A stretch of 24,000 nt of DNA from Nitrososphaeraceae archaeon (GTDB lineage Archaea; Thermoproteota; Nitrososphaeria; Nitrososphaerales; Nitrososphaeraceae). Position 1 is the first letter of the stretch. Every line of letters begins with the position of its first letter. Under the pieces are notes generated by a model, which searched no databases, was not told the origin of the DNA, and saw only the letters and a list, made by a program, of their open reading frames with translations. The stretch lies in contig WHTU01000002.1 of NCBI GenBank assembly GCA_009377575.1, forward strand, positions 22,491 to 46,490, written 5' to 3'. This document shows positions 7,742 to 15,840 of this stretch, one piece after another. The translations under genes were made by a program, and so were the position numbers.

Positions 7742-8584
7742 CTATCCATACGATTCGAATTTGACGTCATAACTACCGTCCTTTCTTTTCTGGCGTTCGG
7801 TAACAAAACCCTTAGGGACCAGGTAATCGAGTGCCCCATCAACTGTACCCTGCCATCCACACACGTAGAAACATGTATTCTCTGGAGTTATTTTCTCACC
7901 TACTAATTCCTCTAATGGAGACTTGTCGGTTCCAGCTTTTGGTCTCAAGAATGATTCCACCCTACCTTTCTGTCCTCCCCATGTTCTATTGAACCATTCC
8001 TGAGGCCGGCTAATACTGGCTCTATATCGAAAGTTCCACTTATCTCTACCAATCTCCTCACTTTCTTCTTCGAGTTGGGTCAAGAGTTCTCTATAACTTA
8101 GTTCGTCGACATAGCTGGCGCCATGTAGCACCACAACCTCCCTATTACTCTGGATAGACTTTAGATGGAGCGAATAGGCTATAAACGGGGCCAATCCTGT
8201 TCCCCCACCAATCAGTACCATCCTCCTTTCATCAGGCGTCCCATCTGGTTTCGACTGATTGATTGTGAATATACCAGTAGGCTTCACCCAACTAACTTCA
8301 TCCCCTTCCTTTATATTGAAGAGTTCGGTCGTAAGCCTTCCCGGTACTGGTTTTCTTACCCAGCGTATGAGCAGCTCAAAATATTTTTTCCGTTCAGGAG
8401 GTGAAGCTATCGAATACGCCCTGCGGATGACTTTTCCTTCTCGAGGTATGTGTTGTCCAACAGTGAGGAACTGACCTGCCTTGAAGTCAGGTACTTGACC
8501 ATCATTTGGAGTAATTCGTAAAATTAATAGATCTTCTTTCAAGACCCTAAGATACGAAAGTCTTCCTTTGTTATCAACTACCAT
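7742..8584 (-). CDS. Ferredoxin-NADP+ reductase-type flavoprotein (FAD/NAD(P)-binding oxidoreductase)
   Basis: RAYSIAS (RxYS FAD motif), LIGGGTGLAPF (NAD(P) motif), FYVCG, C-terminal aromatic ESYG. The ORF opens at 8635. The ATG at 8584 (MVVDNKG...) is preferred because a TATA-like box lies 24 nt upstream of it. Confidence 0.85.
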   Translation of the reverse strand: MVVDNKGRLSYLRVLKEDLLILRITPNDGQVPDFKAGQFLTVGQHIPREGKVIRRAYSIASPPERKKYFELLIRWVRKPVPGRLTTELFNIKEGDEVSWVKPTGIFTINQSKPDGTPDERRMVLIGGGTGLAPFIAYSLHLKSIQSNREVVVLHGASYVDELSYRELLTQLEEESEEIGRDKWNFRYRASISRPQEWFNRTWGGQKGRVESFLRPKAGTDKSPLEELVGEKITPENTCFYVCGWQGTVDGALDYLVPKGFVTERQKRKDGSYDVKFESYG

Positions 8585-8607
8585 ATATTCCTGGAGTTGG
8601 AGTATTG

Positions 8608-8615
8608 TAAATAAA
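8608..8615 (-). promoter_or_regulatory. TATA box of the FNR-like gene
   Basis: Minus-strand TTTATTTA, with its proximal edge 24 nt from the ATG at 8584. This implies a leaderless or near-leaderless mRNA. Confidence 0.45.
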
Positions 8616-8773
8616 CATTGTCCTAAGATATACACGGGTACAGCCTACTTCAAGGATAGTTCGCACCTTAGCTCCAAATTTATGCATTCATTCTACATTA
8701 ATATAGCTAGTATTTGTGATCAAGCACTTGTTATTGATTTCAAGTTATGTCAAATCTATAATTCCTGAGGTGC

Positions 8774-9070
8774 ATGCCATTGATTAAGTTTGACAGAGTC
8801 GGTGTGTCAGAGATTTCTGCGGATGTCGAAGAGCTGGCAAATTTTATCAATGACGAAAGCTCTGAACAGAAGAAACTCATCATCCAATTTAGATCTGCAA
8901 TGAACAGATTTGCCTCAGAAAGATCGTTGGATTCTTGCCTTGAAGCCTTAAATGTCTGTATGCAACTTACAAACACTCGGCAACGCCTCCTAGAATCTTA
9001 CCAGCGATATTCAAGACTTTTGGAAGACGAGATAACAAGAATTAATAGGGAACATAAGCAAAAGACGTAG
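8774..9070 (+). CDS. Hypothetical small helical protein
   Basis: 98-aa ATG ORF with a charged, helix-like composition. Preferred over the antisense 78-aa ORF 8740..8976, which is Ser/Phe-rich and less protein-like. Confidence 0.45.
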   Translation: MPLIKFDRVGVSEISADVEELANFINDESSEQKKLIIQFRSAMNRFASERSLDSCLEALNVCMQLTNTRQRLLESYQRYSRLLEDEITRINREHKQKT

Positions 9071-9117
9071 TAGAGGATTACATTAAACCCCCATTTAAGA
9101 TCATGGTTGGGTATATT

Positions 9118-10587
9118 TCAAACTACCGCAGACTTGTCTTCGAGGAATTTTTTCAGCTCCCCTGTGTTAATTCTTTCCTGCTCCATGGAGTCTCTATATC
9201 TGACAGTTACAGTATCGTCCACCAGCGTTTGCTGGTCTATGGTAATCGCAAATGGAACTCCGATTTCTTCTAACCGTCTATAACGTCTGCCTATCGAACC
9301 TGACTCATCGTAGACCGAATCGAAGTCTCTTTTCAAAAGGGAATGGATCGCCCTAGACTTTTCGACCATGATGGTTTTTGACATAAGAGGAAGTACTCCA
9401 AATGTGATAGGAGCAAGGTAAGGGTTGAGCCTTAGAACGACTCGGTCATCATGTCTAAAATCTTCGTAATAGCAGTGTTCTAAGATAGTGTAAAGGCTTC
9501 TATCAATTCCCATCGACAATTCGAAAACGTGAGGTAAGACCTTAGTCTGGTTCGTAGGCTCAATAACTTCGAGGTTATGGTTACTAATCGACGAATGACC
9601 CTTGAGGTCATAGTCTGCCCGATAGTTACAAGCTACAAGTTCCAGCCAACCTATGCTGGTTTCTACTTCAAAATCAAATGCAACAAGAGAATAGAAGGCC
9701 TTCTCATCATCGGCTAATCTTCTAAATCTAGTTCGCTTCATGTCGATTCCTGTCTTGCCGTAGAACTCTGTTAGTAGTGCTAGATAATACGCAACCAGCT
9801 TATTAGGTAGAAGCCCCTGGTCCAAACAGTCGTAAGCGGTTATATCGCGATGATATTCATCATCATACAAATTAAGACGAGTATTTCTTACTTCATCAAA
9901 TTTGGGCATCTCATTCAACCGTTCAGGGTTACAAAAAACTTCAATCTCTGCCTGATAAAATTCCCTAAGTCTCAACAAGCTCTGTCTAGGCGCAATTTCG
10001 TTTCTAAAGCTCTTGCCTATCTGAGCAATCCCTAATGGGAGCTTCCCTCTCATTGTCTTAAATACTCTAGAGAAATCAACGAAAATAGTCTGGCAGGTTT
10101 CAGGCCTCAAGTAAGCTTCATCGTGCGAAGAACCGATTCCAACTTTGAACATCATATTGAATCGAGTTACAGGCTTAAACTCTCCTTTGCAATTTTGGCA
10201 TCGAATATGGTTCTCTGCTATCATTGAGTTCATTGCTATTTCAGAGGTACCTTCTGGAATAGCTTTCCCTATTTTTTCAGAGATATATCTATCTGCCCGA
10301 AATATTGAGTTACAGTTTTTGCATTCTACTAGTGGATCACTGAAGTTAAGTAAATGCCCAGACGCTTCGAAAACGCTCTTGCTCATTATCTGAGACCCAT
10401 CGATCTCTATCATACTATCTCGCCGTATCAACTCCCTTCGCCACAGCGCTATGAATTTGTACTTCATATTCGCTCCCATAGGACCGTATTCCCAGAAACC
10501 TGCAGGGGCGTCTGAGTAGATTTCGCAGCTAGGAAAGTAAAATCCGCGTTCAAGTGCAAGCTTCATAATTTGGTCGTAACTGGTCAT
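9118..10587 (-). CDS. glyS: Glycine--tRNA ligase (archaeal/eukaryal alpha2 type)
   Basis: 489 aa. The N-terminus LALERGFYFPSCEIYSDAPAGFWEYGPMG matches the class II GlyRS signature (RGFxxxSxEIYGGxxGxxDYGPxG). It also has an FRNEIAPRQSLLRLREF motif-2-like segment, an internal Zn-like CKNC...CQNC insertion, and a C-terminal anticodon-binding-like domain. Confidence 0.9.
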   Translation of the reverse strand: MTSYDQIMKLALERGFYFPSCEIYSDAPAGFWEYGPMGANMKYKFIALWRRELIRRDSMIEIDGSQIMSKSVFEASGHLLNFSDPLVECKNCNSIFRADRYISEKIGKAIPEGTSEIAMNSMIAENHIRCQNCKGEFKPVTRFNMMFKVGIGSSHDEAYLRPETCQTIFVDFSRVFKTMRGKLPLGIAQIGKSFRNEIAPRQSLLRLREFYQAEIEVFCNPERLNEMPKFDEVRNTRLNLYDDEYHRDITAYDCLDQGLLPNKLVAYYLALLTEFYGKTGIDMKRTRFRRLADDEKAFYSLVAFDFEVETSIGWLELVACNYRADYDLKGHSSISNHNLEVIEPTNQTKVLPHVFELSMGIDRSLYTILEHCYYEDFRHDDRVVLRLNPYLAPITFGVLPLMSKTIMVEKSRAIHSLLKRDFDSVYDESGSIGRRYRRLEEIGVPFAITIDQQTLVDDTVTVRYRDSMEQERINTGELKKFLEDKSAVV

Positions 10588-10614
10588 AATATTGCTGGAG
10601 ACAAACTACTTTAG

Positions 10615-10622
10615 GTATTAAA
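10615..10622 (-). promoter_or_regulatory. TATA-like box upstream of glyS
   Basis: Minus-strand TTTAATAC, 28 nt from the ATG at 10587. Confidence 0.4.
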
Positions 10623-10778
10623 TTTGTTGGTAGGTGGTATTCGTGAACGAACATATCGGCCAGCTTTTTTTGAAATGCATTGATTCGCCGAAATGGATTA
10701 TTCCATAGTTACCTATTAGCAAAAAACAAGTTCAAACCGGAATGCGCCAATAGTTGACTAATGTTACGATCGCTGTTA

Positions 10779-10786
10779 TTTTATAA
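10779..10786 (+). promoter_or_regulatory. TATA-like box upstream of priL
   Basis: TTTTATAA, 29 nt upstream of the ATG at 10815. This supports that ATG rather than the upstream ATG at 10761, the start of the tracked ORF. Confidence 0.4.
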
Positions 10787-10814
10787 GCGTATACATAATA
10801 ATAGATTAGCGACC

Positions 10815-11855
10815 ATGACTATTCGACTCGGAACTGCCGACTTGGCAAAATATCCCTTCTTGAATGAAGCAGCCGAGTATATGCACCAAACTTACTTTAA
10901 TCTTGATGATCTTAATCTACCAGAGCTTGGACACATAGTAGAAAGAGCATCGAACAGGATAAGAAGTGAAATAGAACACGGCAAACCAGATTTCACTCTA
11001 GAAAGACACGAAATCGAGATATTGACATTCCTCGTCGGAATTTTGATCATTAAAGCAATAAATTCGGACAATCTGACTAAAAAGCATTGTCTATGTGAAG
11101 CGCTAAGAGCCGAAAAATTCCTTGTGCATGATTTGAAGACGCACGGTGAACCTTCGACTAGAAAACTTTTGCTTTTCAAAGTCTTTAAGGAGCTATTAAA
11201 AATGGATGTGCTCCCCAGTATGAAATACCAGCTAATGTTTGAGGTAAAAGTAACAGATTATCTTAAAAGGTCTCACTTATTTCATGAGCAAGAATGGAAG
11301 CTAATCAATAGACTCGTGCACGATGGGCGAGTATTCCTCGACCCTGATGAGACTGTGCGGTTAATTCGAGCTGAGGTAACAAATCTCTTGCTAGAGAGAA
11401 TAAAACAAATGAACCCATCGCATATTCCAGCAACGATAAGAGGACAAGCAAATATTCTAAAAGCGAGCATTCCCATGGCTAGCCGTAAACTTGCCAATGC
11501 CCCATCGGCTTATCCTCCCTGCGTAAATCACGCCTTAGACCTAATGGCGGTTGGAGAAAATCTACCTCATTCTGCGAGGGTGATGCTCGCCACTTATATG
11601 CTAGCTATAGGAAAAAATATCGAAGAGATAGTATCACTTTTCAAGAATGCCCCAGATTATGACGAAAGGGTGTCCAGGTATCAGGTTGAGCACTTGGCAG
11701 GAGAGAGAGGAAGTCGTGTACGCTATTTGGTTCCTTCTTGTACTAAACTACGAAATGACGGCCTCTGCTTTGCTACGAGCCAGTGTGATGGATTGATAAA
11801 TCCAGTACAATTCGGAAGAGCAGTCAAATATTATCGGGAAACAAACTTGAGATAA
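10815..11855 (+). CDS. priL: DNA primase large (regulatory) subunit PriL
   Basis: YPPCVNHAL plus LVPSCTKLRNDGLCFATSQCDG supply the four Fe-S cluster cysteines typical of the PriL/PRIM2 C-terminal domain. The segment LPHSARVMLATYMLAIG is also typical. Lies directly upstream of priS. Confidence 0.9.
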   Translation: MTIRLGTADLAKYPFLNEAAEYMHQTYFNLDDLNLPELGHIVERASNRIRSEIEHGKPDFTLERHEIEILTFLVGILIIKAINSDNLTKKHCLCEALRAEKFLVHDLKTHGEPSTRKLLLFKVFKELLKMDVLPSMKYQLMFEVKVTDYLKRSHLFHEQEWKLINRLVHDGRVFLDPDETVRLIRAEVTNLLLERIKQMNPSHIPATIRGQANILKASIPMASRKLANAPSAYPPCVNHALDLMAVGENLPHSARVMLATYMLAIGKNIEEIVSLFKNAPDYDERVSRYQVEHLAGERGSRVRYLVPSCTKLRNDGLCFATSQCDGLINPVQFGRAVKYYRETNLR

Positions 11856-11876
11856 AGACGAACAGTCTGAATCGAT

Positions 11877-13028
11877 ATGATTCCTACCAAAACGGGCAAA
11901 GACTTACAGATGATGAAGGCAGCGTTCAGAGAATTTTATTTCAATCATGGGAACAGAATAGAGGAGCCGGTAAGAATACAGAATCGCGAGTTCGGACTGA
12001 TGGGATTCGATGGTGTGATGAAGAGGCATCTTAAATTTTCCAGTTTGGGCAGACTGGTTGCATCGTTAGTATTGGAAACTCCTTCCGACGTATTCGCGTC
12101 AAACGCACAATATGACTTCCCAGTACTCCCGATAAGCGAAAAAGGATGGAGAGGGGCAGATCTCATCTTTGATATCGACCTTAAGGACCTCGACTTGAAA
12201 TGTAGGCTATCTCATTCCTATATGACATGCTTTTCCTGTCGGAGCTGTTACTTCTCAGGCTCTGAAGACAGATGTCCAAAATGCGGTTCAAATAACTTTG
12301 CAGAAGTAATGCTCCCTTGCGATAGATGTATTAATGGACTAAAAAGTGAAGTTTCGAAATTGCATCGTTTCCTCGCCTCTGATATAGGGATAAGCCCAGA
12401 AAAGATCACCACATATTTTTCAGGTAACAACGGTTTTCATGTCCACGTTCTAGATGAATCATTCAATGATCTCAATAGTCAGGCAAGAGCTGATTTAGCC
12501 GCATACATAATGGGAATAGGGATCTTGGCCGATGTCATCGGGGTCAGGAGAGATACACATAATGATTTTCGCGTTAGATTTCCACTAGGAGGACTGGATT
12601 ATGGCTGGCGAAAGAGAATCTCTGATAAATTAGGGATATCTATAACGTCGGAAAGAAAGCTGACCAAATTGGTGAAGGAACTGGGTGACATTGAACAATT
12701 CAGGAAGCGAGTAGCCGATATTGCAAAGGAAATGGGCGTTCGAATTGATTCACAAGTAACCACCGACGTTCATCGGGTGTTCAGAATGCCAGGAACATTG
12801 AATAGCAAGAGCGGACTCACAAAGACTTTATGTTTAGATTTGGATTCATTCGATCCTTTCGAGGAGTCATGTCAGCTTTCGAGTCGCGAAGTAGCCGTTG
12901 AGATTATGCCCCCGAGGCTAAAACTGCGGCTTAAAGGTGAGAGATTCAGTCTTAGTGAGGAGATTGTTCGCGTACCCATCTTTATAGGGGTTTACCTCAT
13001 ATCTAAGGGTCTAGCACACGCCGTGTAA
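11877..13028 (+). CDS. priS: DNA primase small (catalytic) subunit PriS
   Basis: Catalytic DLIFDIDLKD (DxD), FSGNNGFHVHV and VFRMPGTLNSKSG motifs of archaeo-eukaryotic primases. Zn knuckle CFSCRSC...CPKCG. The start is 21 nt after the priL stop. Confidence 0.92.
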   Translation: MIPTKTGKDLQMMKAAFREFYFNHGNRIEEPVRIQNREFGLMGFDGVMKRHLKFSSLGRLVASLVLETPSDVFASNAQYDFPVLPISEKGWRGADLIFDIDLKDLDLKCRLSHSYMTCFSCRSCYFSGSEDRCPKCGSNNFAEVMLPCDRCINGLKSEVSKLHRFLASDIGISPEKITTYFSGNNGFHVHVLDESFNDLNSQARADLAAYIMGIGILADVIGVRRDTHNDFRVRFPLGGLDYGWRKRISDKLGISITSERKLTKLVKELGDIEQFRKRVADIAKEMGVRIDSQVTTDVHRVFRMPGTLNSKSGLTKTLCLDLDSFDPFEESCQLSSREVAVEIMPPRLKLRLKGERFSLSEEIVRVPIFIGVYLISKGLAHAV

Positions 13029-13081
13029 CTCGATGGATAAACAGATCGATTTTTAGGACCATTTCCTACTATAGGATAAAA

Positions 13082-13498
13082 ATGAGGGAAGACGCGATAG
13101 GGATTGATGGCGTGTTGAGTGACGATCATGATTTGATTCCTAGCGTTAAGTGGCTTGTGGCATTCAGAAATCGAAATCCTGACGGACACATTGGAAAAAT
13201 TTCAATAAGGGAATTTCTATGTGGTGGTTTCTACGAGGCCTTCGATAGAGTTCAAAGCTATGCGGAGAAGACAAATGTTGAGGTACTGTGGTTCAAGGAG
13301 AAAAGGGCATGTGATGGACCACTTACTAACTCCATCCAGCTGCAACTTGGATGTTTTTGCACTTACTGCAATATTGAACACAATACTGAAGACTCTATTC
13401 CATGCGAAGAGCTATATTGTAAATCCAACTTGTGTTCAAGGAAGTGTTACGAAGACCATGTGGAATTGAAACACAGGAATTCAGGTACACTCAGGTGA
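13082..13498 (+). CDS. Hypothetical protein with a C-terminal HIT/MYND-like cross-brace zinc finger
   Basis: 138 aa with an ATG start, 53 nt downstream of priS on the same strand. C-terminus CTYC-x11-CEELYC-x4-CSRKCYEDH-x4-H. The LCSRKCYEDH stretch resembles the YCSxxCxxxH core of zf-HIT. Confidence 0.5.
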   Translation: MREDAIGIDGVLSDDHDLIPSVKWLVAFRNRNPDGHIGKISIREFLCGGFYEAFDRVQSYAEKTNVEVLWFKEKRACDGPLTNSIQLQLGCFCTYCNIEHNTEDSIPCEELYCKSNLCSRKCYEDHVELKHRNSGTLR

Positions 13499-14101
13499 AA
13501 CAATTTCAAGTCTGGTTAGGGGTTTGAACAGTCTAAGGGTTATTATTCTAATTCGTTCTGGGTCCTGCCTGAATCGATCTAGGCAAATTGAAGAATAGTT
13601 ACATGGGGCCTCATTTAGAATCTCCTCCACTTCAAAACCCAACTTGATGAAAGTATCCAGAAGCCATTTAGCCCAAGTATGATATGCAGTCTCCGAAACT
13701 GCTTGAAGCAATTCATCAATAATTTCGGTAACTATTTCAAGTGTCCCCAATTTCTTTAATTTAAGAAAAATGTTCGTATACACCGCGACCCAATCATCGT
13801 AATAAAGACGATCAATATATTCAGGATCCGGAAGTATCATAATCACTTTATCTATACCCTCATTTTCGAAGTCCCTAATTCTATTCTCGAAACTATCGTT
13901 TATGAGGACAACGTTGTCAGTATTGATGCGTGCGGCAGCCTCAATGTAAAGAGTCCTATTATTCTCTATACCTATGAAGTGAATATTGCTGTTTCGCTCA
14001 TCTTTTGACATTGCACACAAATGCCTTCCATCCCCCATTCCCAGCTCTACGATCAATGCGTTACTTGTCGTGGTTCCTGTTAATAATTGAGAATATGTCA
14101 C
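13481..14101 (-). CDS. SAM-dependent methyltransferase, TrmB (Methyltransf_4)-fold, divergent
   Basis: 206 aa. The GTG start overlaps the upstream stop (GTGA at 14098-14101). Collinear with TrmB: IVELGMGDG (motif I), IHFIGIE, IDKVIMILPDPEY (the FPDPW position). The basic WxKKRHxKRR stretch is replaced by the acidic EYIDRLYYDDW. Confidence 0.7.
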   Translation of the reverse strand: MTYSQLLTGTTTSNALIVELGMGDGRHLCAMSKDERNSNIHFIGIENNRTLYIEAAARINTDNVVLINDSFENRIRDFENEGIDKVIMILPDPEYIDRLYYDDWVAVYTNIFLKLKKLGTLEIVTEIIDELLQAVSETAYHTWAKWLLDTFIKLGFEVEEILNEAPCNYSSICLDRFRQDPERIRIITLRLFKPLTRLEIVSPECT

Positions 14102-14703
14102 TGAGGGGGTTGAAGGAGTCCAGAATCGAAAAGTTGTTCCACCAGTTGAAGTACTTCCTTCTCAACTTGCTGCCTGGTCATGCCTAGTTTCTTTGAAAAA
14201 TCATCAGTCAGCTCGGTCACCGTCCTATTACCCTCACAAGAATTCCAGAAATCAACAATAGACTGATTAACCATGAACGCCTGACTACTGTCGTTTAACA
14301 AGACCAGAGAACCATCTTCTTGAGGTGTCAGTTTACCTGCCCTCGCTGGTTTATATTTTTCATAATCTATTTGAAATCGTAATTTGGGTTTCCCGATTCC
14401 TAATTTTTCTCTAACTGCCGGGTTAATCTTGTCACTAGTCCATGGAGGCTCCCAAACTATTTTGACATCTATATTTCCTATTCCTGTAATTTTGCCTACT
14501 GAACGCTTGACGTCACTAACAAGGGTATCATGAAGGGGACAGCCCCTCGTAGTCATAGTCATTTCTATGCCGACATCATTTGTCGGATGGATTCTTACAT
14601 TATATATAAGACCAAGGTCCACCACGTTAACCGGGATCTCAGGGTCCATACACTTTCGCAACGCATCGAAAACCTGTTCGTCGGTAACCTTCTGCGATGA
14701 CAT
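14098..14703 (-). CDS. Fusion protein: DUF59/MIP18 (SufT-like Fe-S assembly) domain plus PqqD-like domain
   Basis: 201 aa with an ATG start. N-terminal half: DPEIPVNVVDLGLIY, TMTTRGCPL, VWEPPWT (DUF59). C-terminal part: LVLLNDSSQAFMVNQSIVDFWNSCEGNRTVTELTDDFSKKLGMTRQQVEKEVLQLVEQLFDSGLL (PqqD/RRE pattern). Confidence 0.8.
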   Translation of the reverse strand: MSSQKVTDEQVFDALRKCMDPEIPVNVVDLGLIYNVRIHPTNDVGIEMTMTTRGCPLHDTLVSDVKRSVGKITGIGNIDVKIVWEPPWTSDKINPAVREKLGIGKPKLRFQIDYEKYKPARAGKLTPQEDGSLVLLNDSSQAFMVNQSIVDFWNSCEGNRTVTELTDDFSKKLGMTRQQVEKEVLQLVEQLFDSGLLQPPQ

Positions 14704-14769
14704 CTAGCATTCCTTACCAGATACTCGATAAATACTTTATTCCGTTAATGTTTTTTTAGCATCTTCGCC

Positions 14770-15831
14770 TCAATATCGTTTACTTCGCTGGATAATCGCA
14801 CCTATGCTTCTCTGATAAGGTGGTTCCAGTAGGCCGGCTTCAGTTATTATACCTGTAATAAGATTTGGAGGAGTGATGTCGAATGCAGGATTAATGGTAT
14901 GAATTCCTTTGGGAGCAATCAGGATGTTCTTGATTTTTGTAATTTCATCAGCAGATCTGTCCTCGATTTTTATTTCAGAAATGGAGCTTTTTAGATCGAA
15001 TGTAGAAATGGGAGCGGCAACATAGAAAGGTATCTTGTGAATATGGGCCATTGTGGCGATCTGGTAGGTTCCTATCTTATTGTATACGTGTCCTGTGCGT
15101 AGAATTCTGTCAGCCCCTACGATAACCTTGTCAACCATCCTGTTTGCCATCACATATCCAACGGCAGTATCAGAAATCAAACGTACATCAAAATGATCAT
15201 ACATCAATTCAAACGCAGTTAACCTCGAGCCTTGCATTACAGGTCTAGTTTCCGTAGCGATGACCTTCAAATTTTTTCCATCTTCTCGTGCAGCTCTAAG
15301 CACACCCAACGCGGTTCCGTACGTGGCAGTGGCAAGGGATCCGGCGTTACAATGCGTCATGACCACGTCTCCATCATAAAACAAATCTGAACCTGCCCTC
15401 CCCATTTTCCTATTTGTTAAAATGTCGTCGTCGAGCATTATCAGCGCTTCCAGCTTAACTAATCGCTTTATCTCTTTGACATTCTTACCTTTTGAAGAGA
15501 TCTGGAGAATTCTCCTCACGGCCCAATTGATGTTAACAGCTGTTGGTCGTGTGGATATTAATAGGCTACCAGCTCTTTCCAGCTCTGATCTTAAACCCCT
15601 CTCGGTTTTCGCCTTACTATTCAAGGTCACTAATAACAAGGCCAAAGCAGCGCATATCCCTATAGCAGGAGCTCCTCTCACTACGAGCGACTTAATTGCT
15701 TTAGCGATTTCGCGATGATCTGTGCATGTTAGATAAACTAATTTGTTAGGAAGTTTAGTTTGATCAATAATCTGAACTGCGTTTCGCCGCCACTGGACTG
15801 TTAGTAATTCCTTGCGATGTAAATGGTTCAT
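14770..15831 (-). CDS. mtnA: S-methyl-5-thioribose-1-phosphate isomerase / eIF-2B alpha-beta-delta family protein
   Basis: 353 aa. IIDQTKLP, VVRGAPAIGICAALAL, THCNAGSLATATYGTALGV and VIVGADRI match the MtnA/eIF2B-like isomerase family. The start is 9 nt after the upstream gene's stop. Confidence 0.8.
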   Translation of the reverse strand: MNHLHRKELLTVQWRRNAVQIIDQTKLPNKLVYLTCTDHREIAKAIKSLVVRGAPAIGICAALALLLVTLNSKAKTERGLRSELERAGSLLISTRPTAVNINWAVRRILQISSKGKNVKEIKRLVKLEALIMLDDDILTNRKMGRAGSDLFYDGDVVMTHCNAGSLATATYGTALGVLRAAREDGKNLKVIATETRPVMQGSRLTAFELMYDHFDVRLISDTAVGYVMANRMVDKVIVGADRILRTGHVYNKIGTYQIATMAHIHKIPFYVAAPISTFDLKSSISEIKIEDRSADEITKIKNILIAPKGIHTINPAFDITPPNLITGIITEAGLLEPPYQRSIGAIIQRSKRY

Positions 15832-15840
15832 CGAACATCC

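Noticed and set aside
7706-8768. ORFs 7706..7906, 8165..8404, 8259..8474 and 8568..8768 (+)
   Set aside because: They are antisense or alternate-frame ORFs within the FNR-like gene or its promoter. Their composition is not protein-like.
8740-8976. 78-aa minus-strand ORF antisense to 8774..9070
   Set aside because: It competes with the longer + strand ORF. The minus-strand product is Ser/Phe-rich, and it has no TATA-like box at a suitable distance. This choice carries only moderate confidence.
9850-10393. ORFs 9850..10035 and 10145..10393 (+) inside glyS
   Set aside because: Antisense shadows of a confidently identified GlyRS gene.
10892-12430. Minus-strand ORFs 10892..11179, 11282..11497, 11945..12166 and 12248..12430
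   Set aside because: Antisense to priL and priS, which carry unambiguous primase motifs.
12992-13469. ORFs 12992..13189(-) and 13221..13469(+)
   Set aside because: The first overlaps the priS 3' end and the start of the zinc-finger ORF. The second is an alternate frame inside 13082..13498. Neither has motifs.
14005-14187. 60-aa + strand ORF across the methyltransferase/DUF59-PqqD junction
   Set aside because: Antisense to two motif-supported genes.
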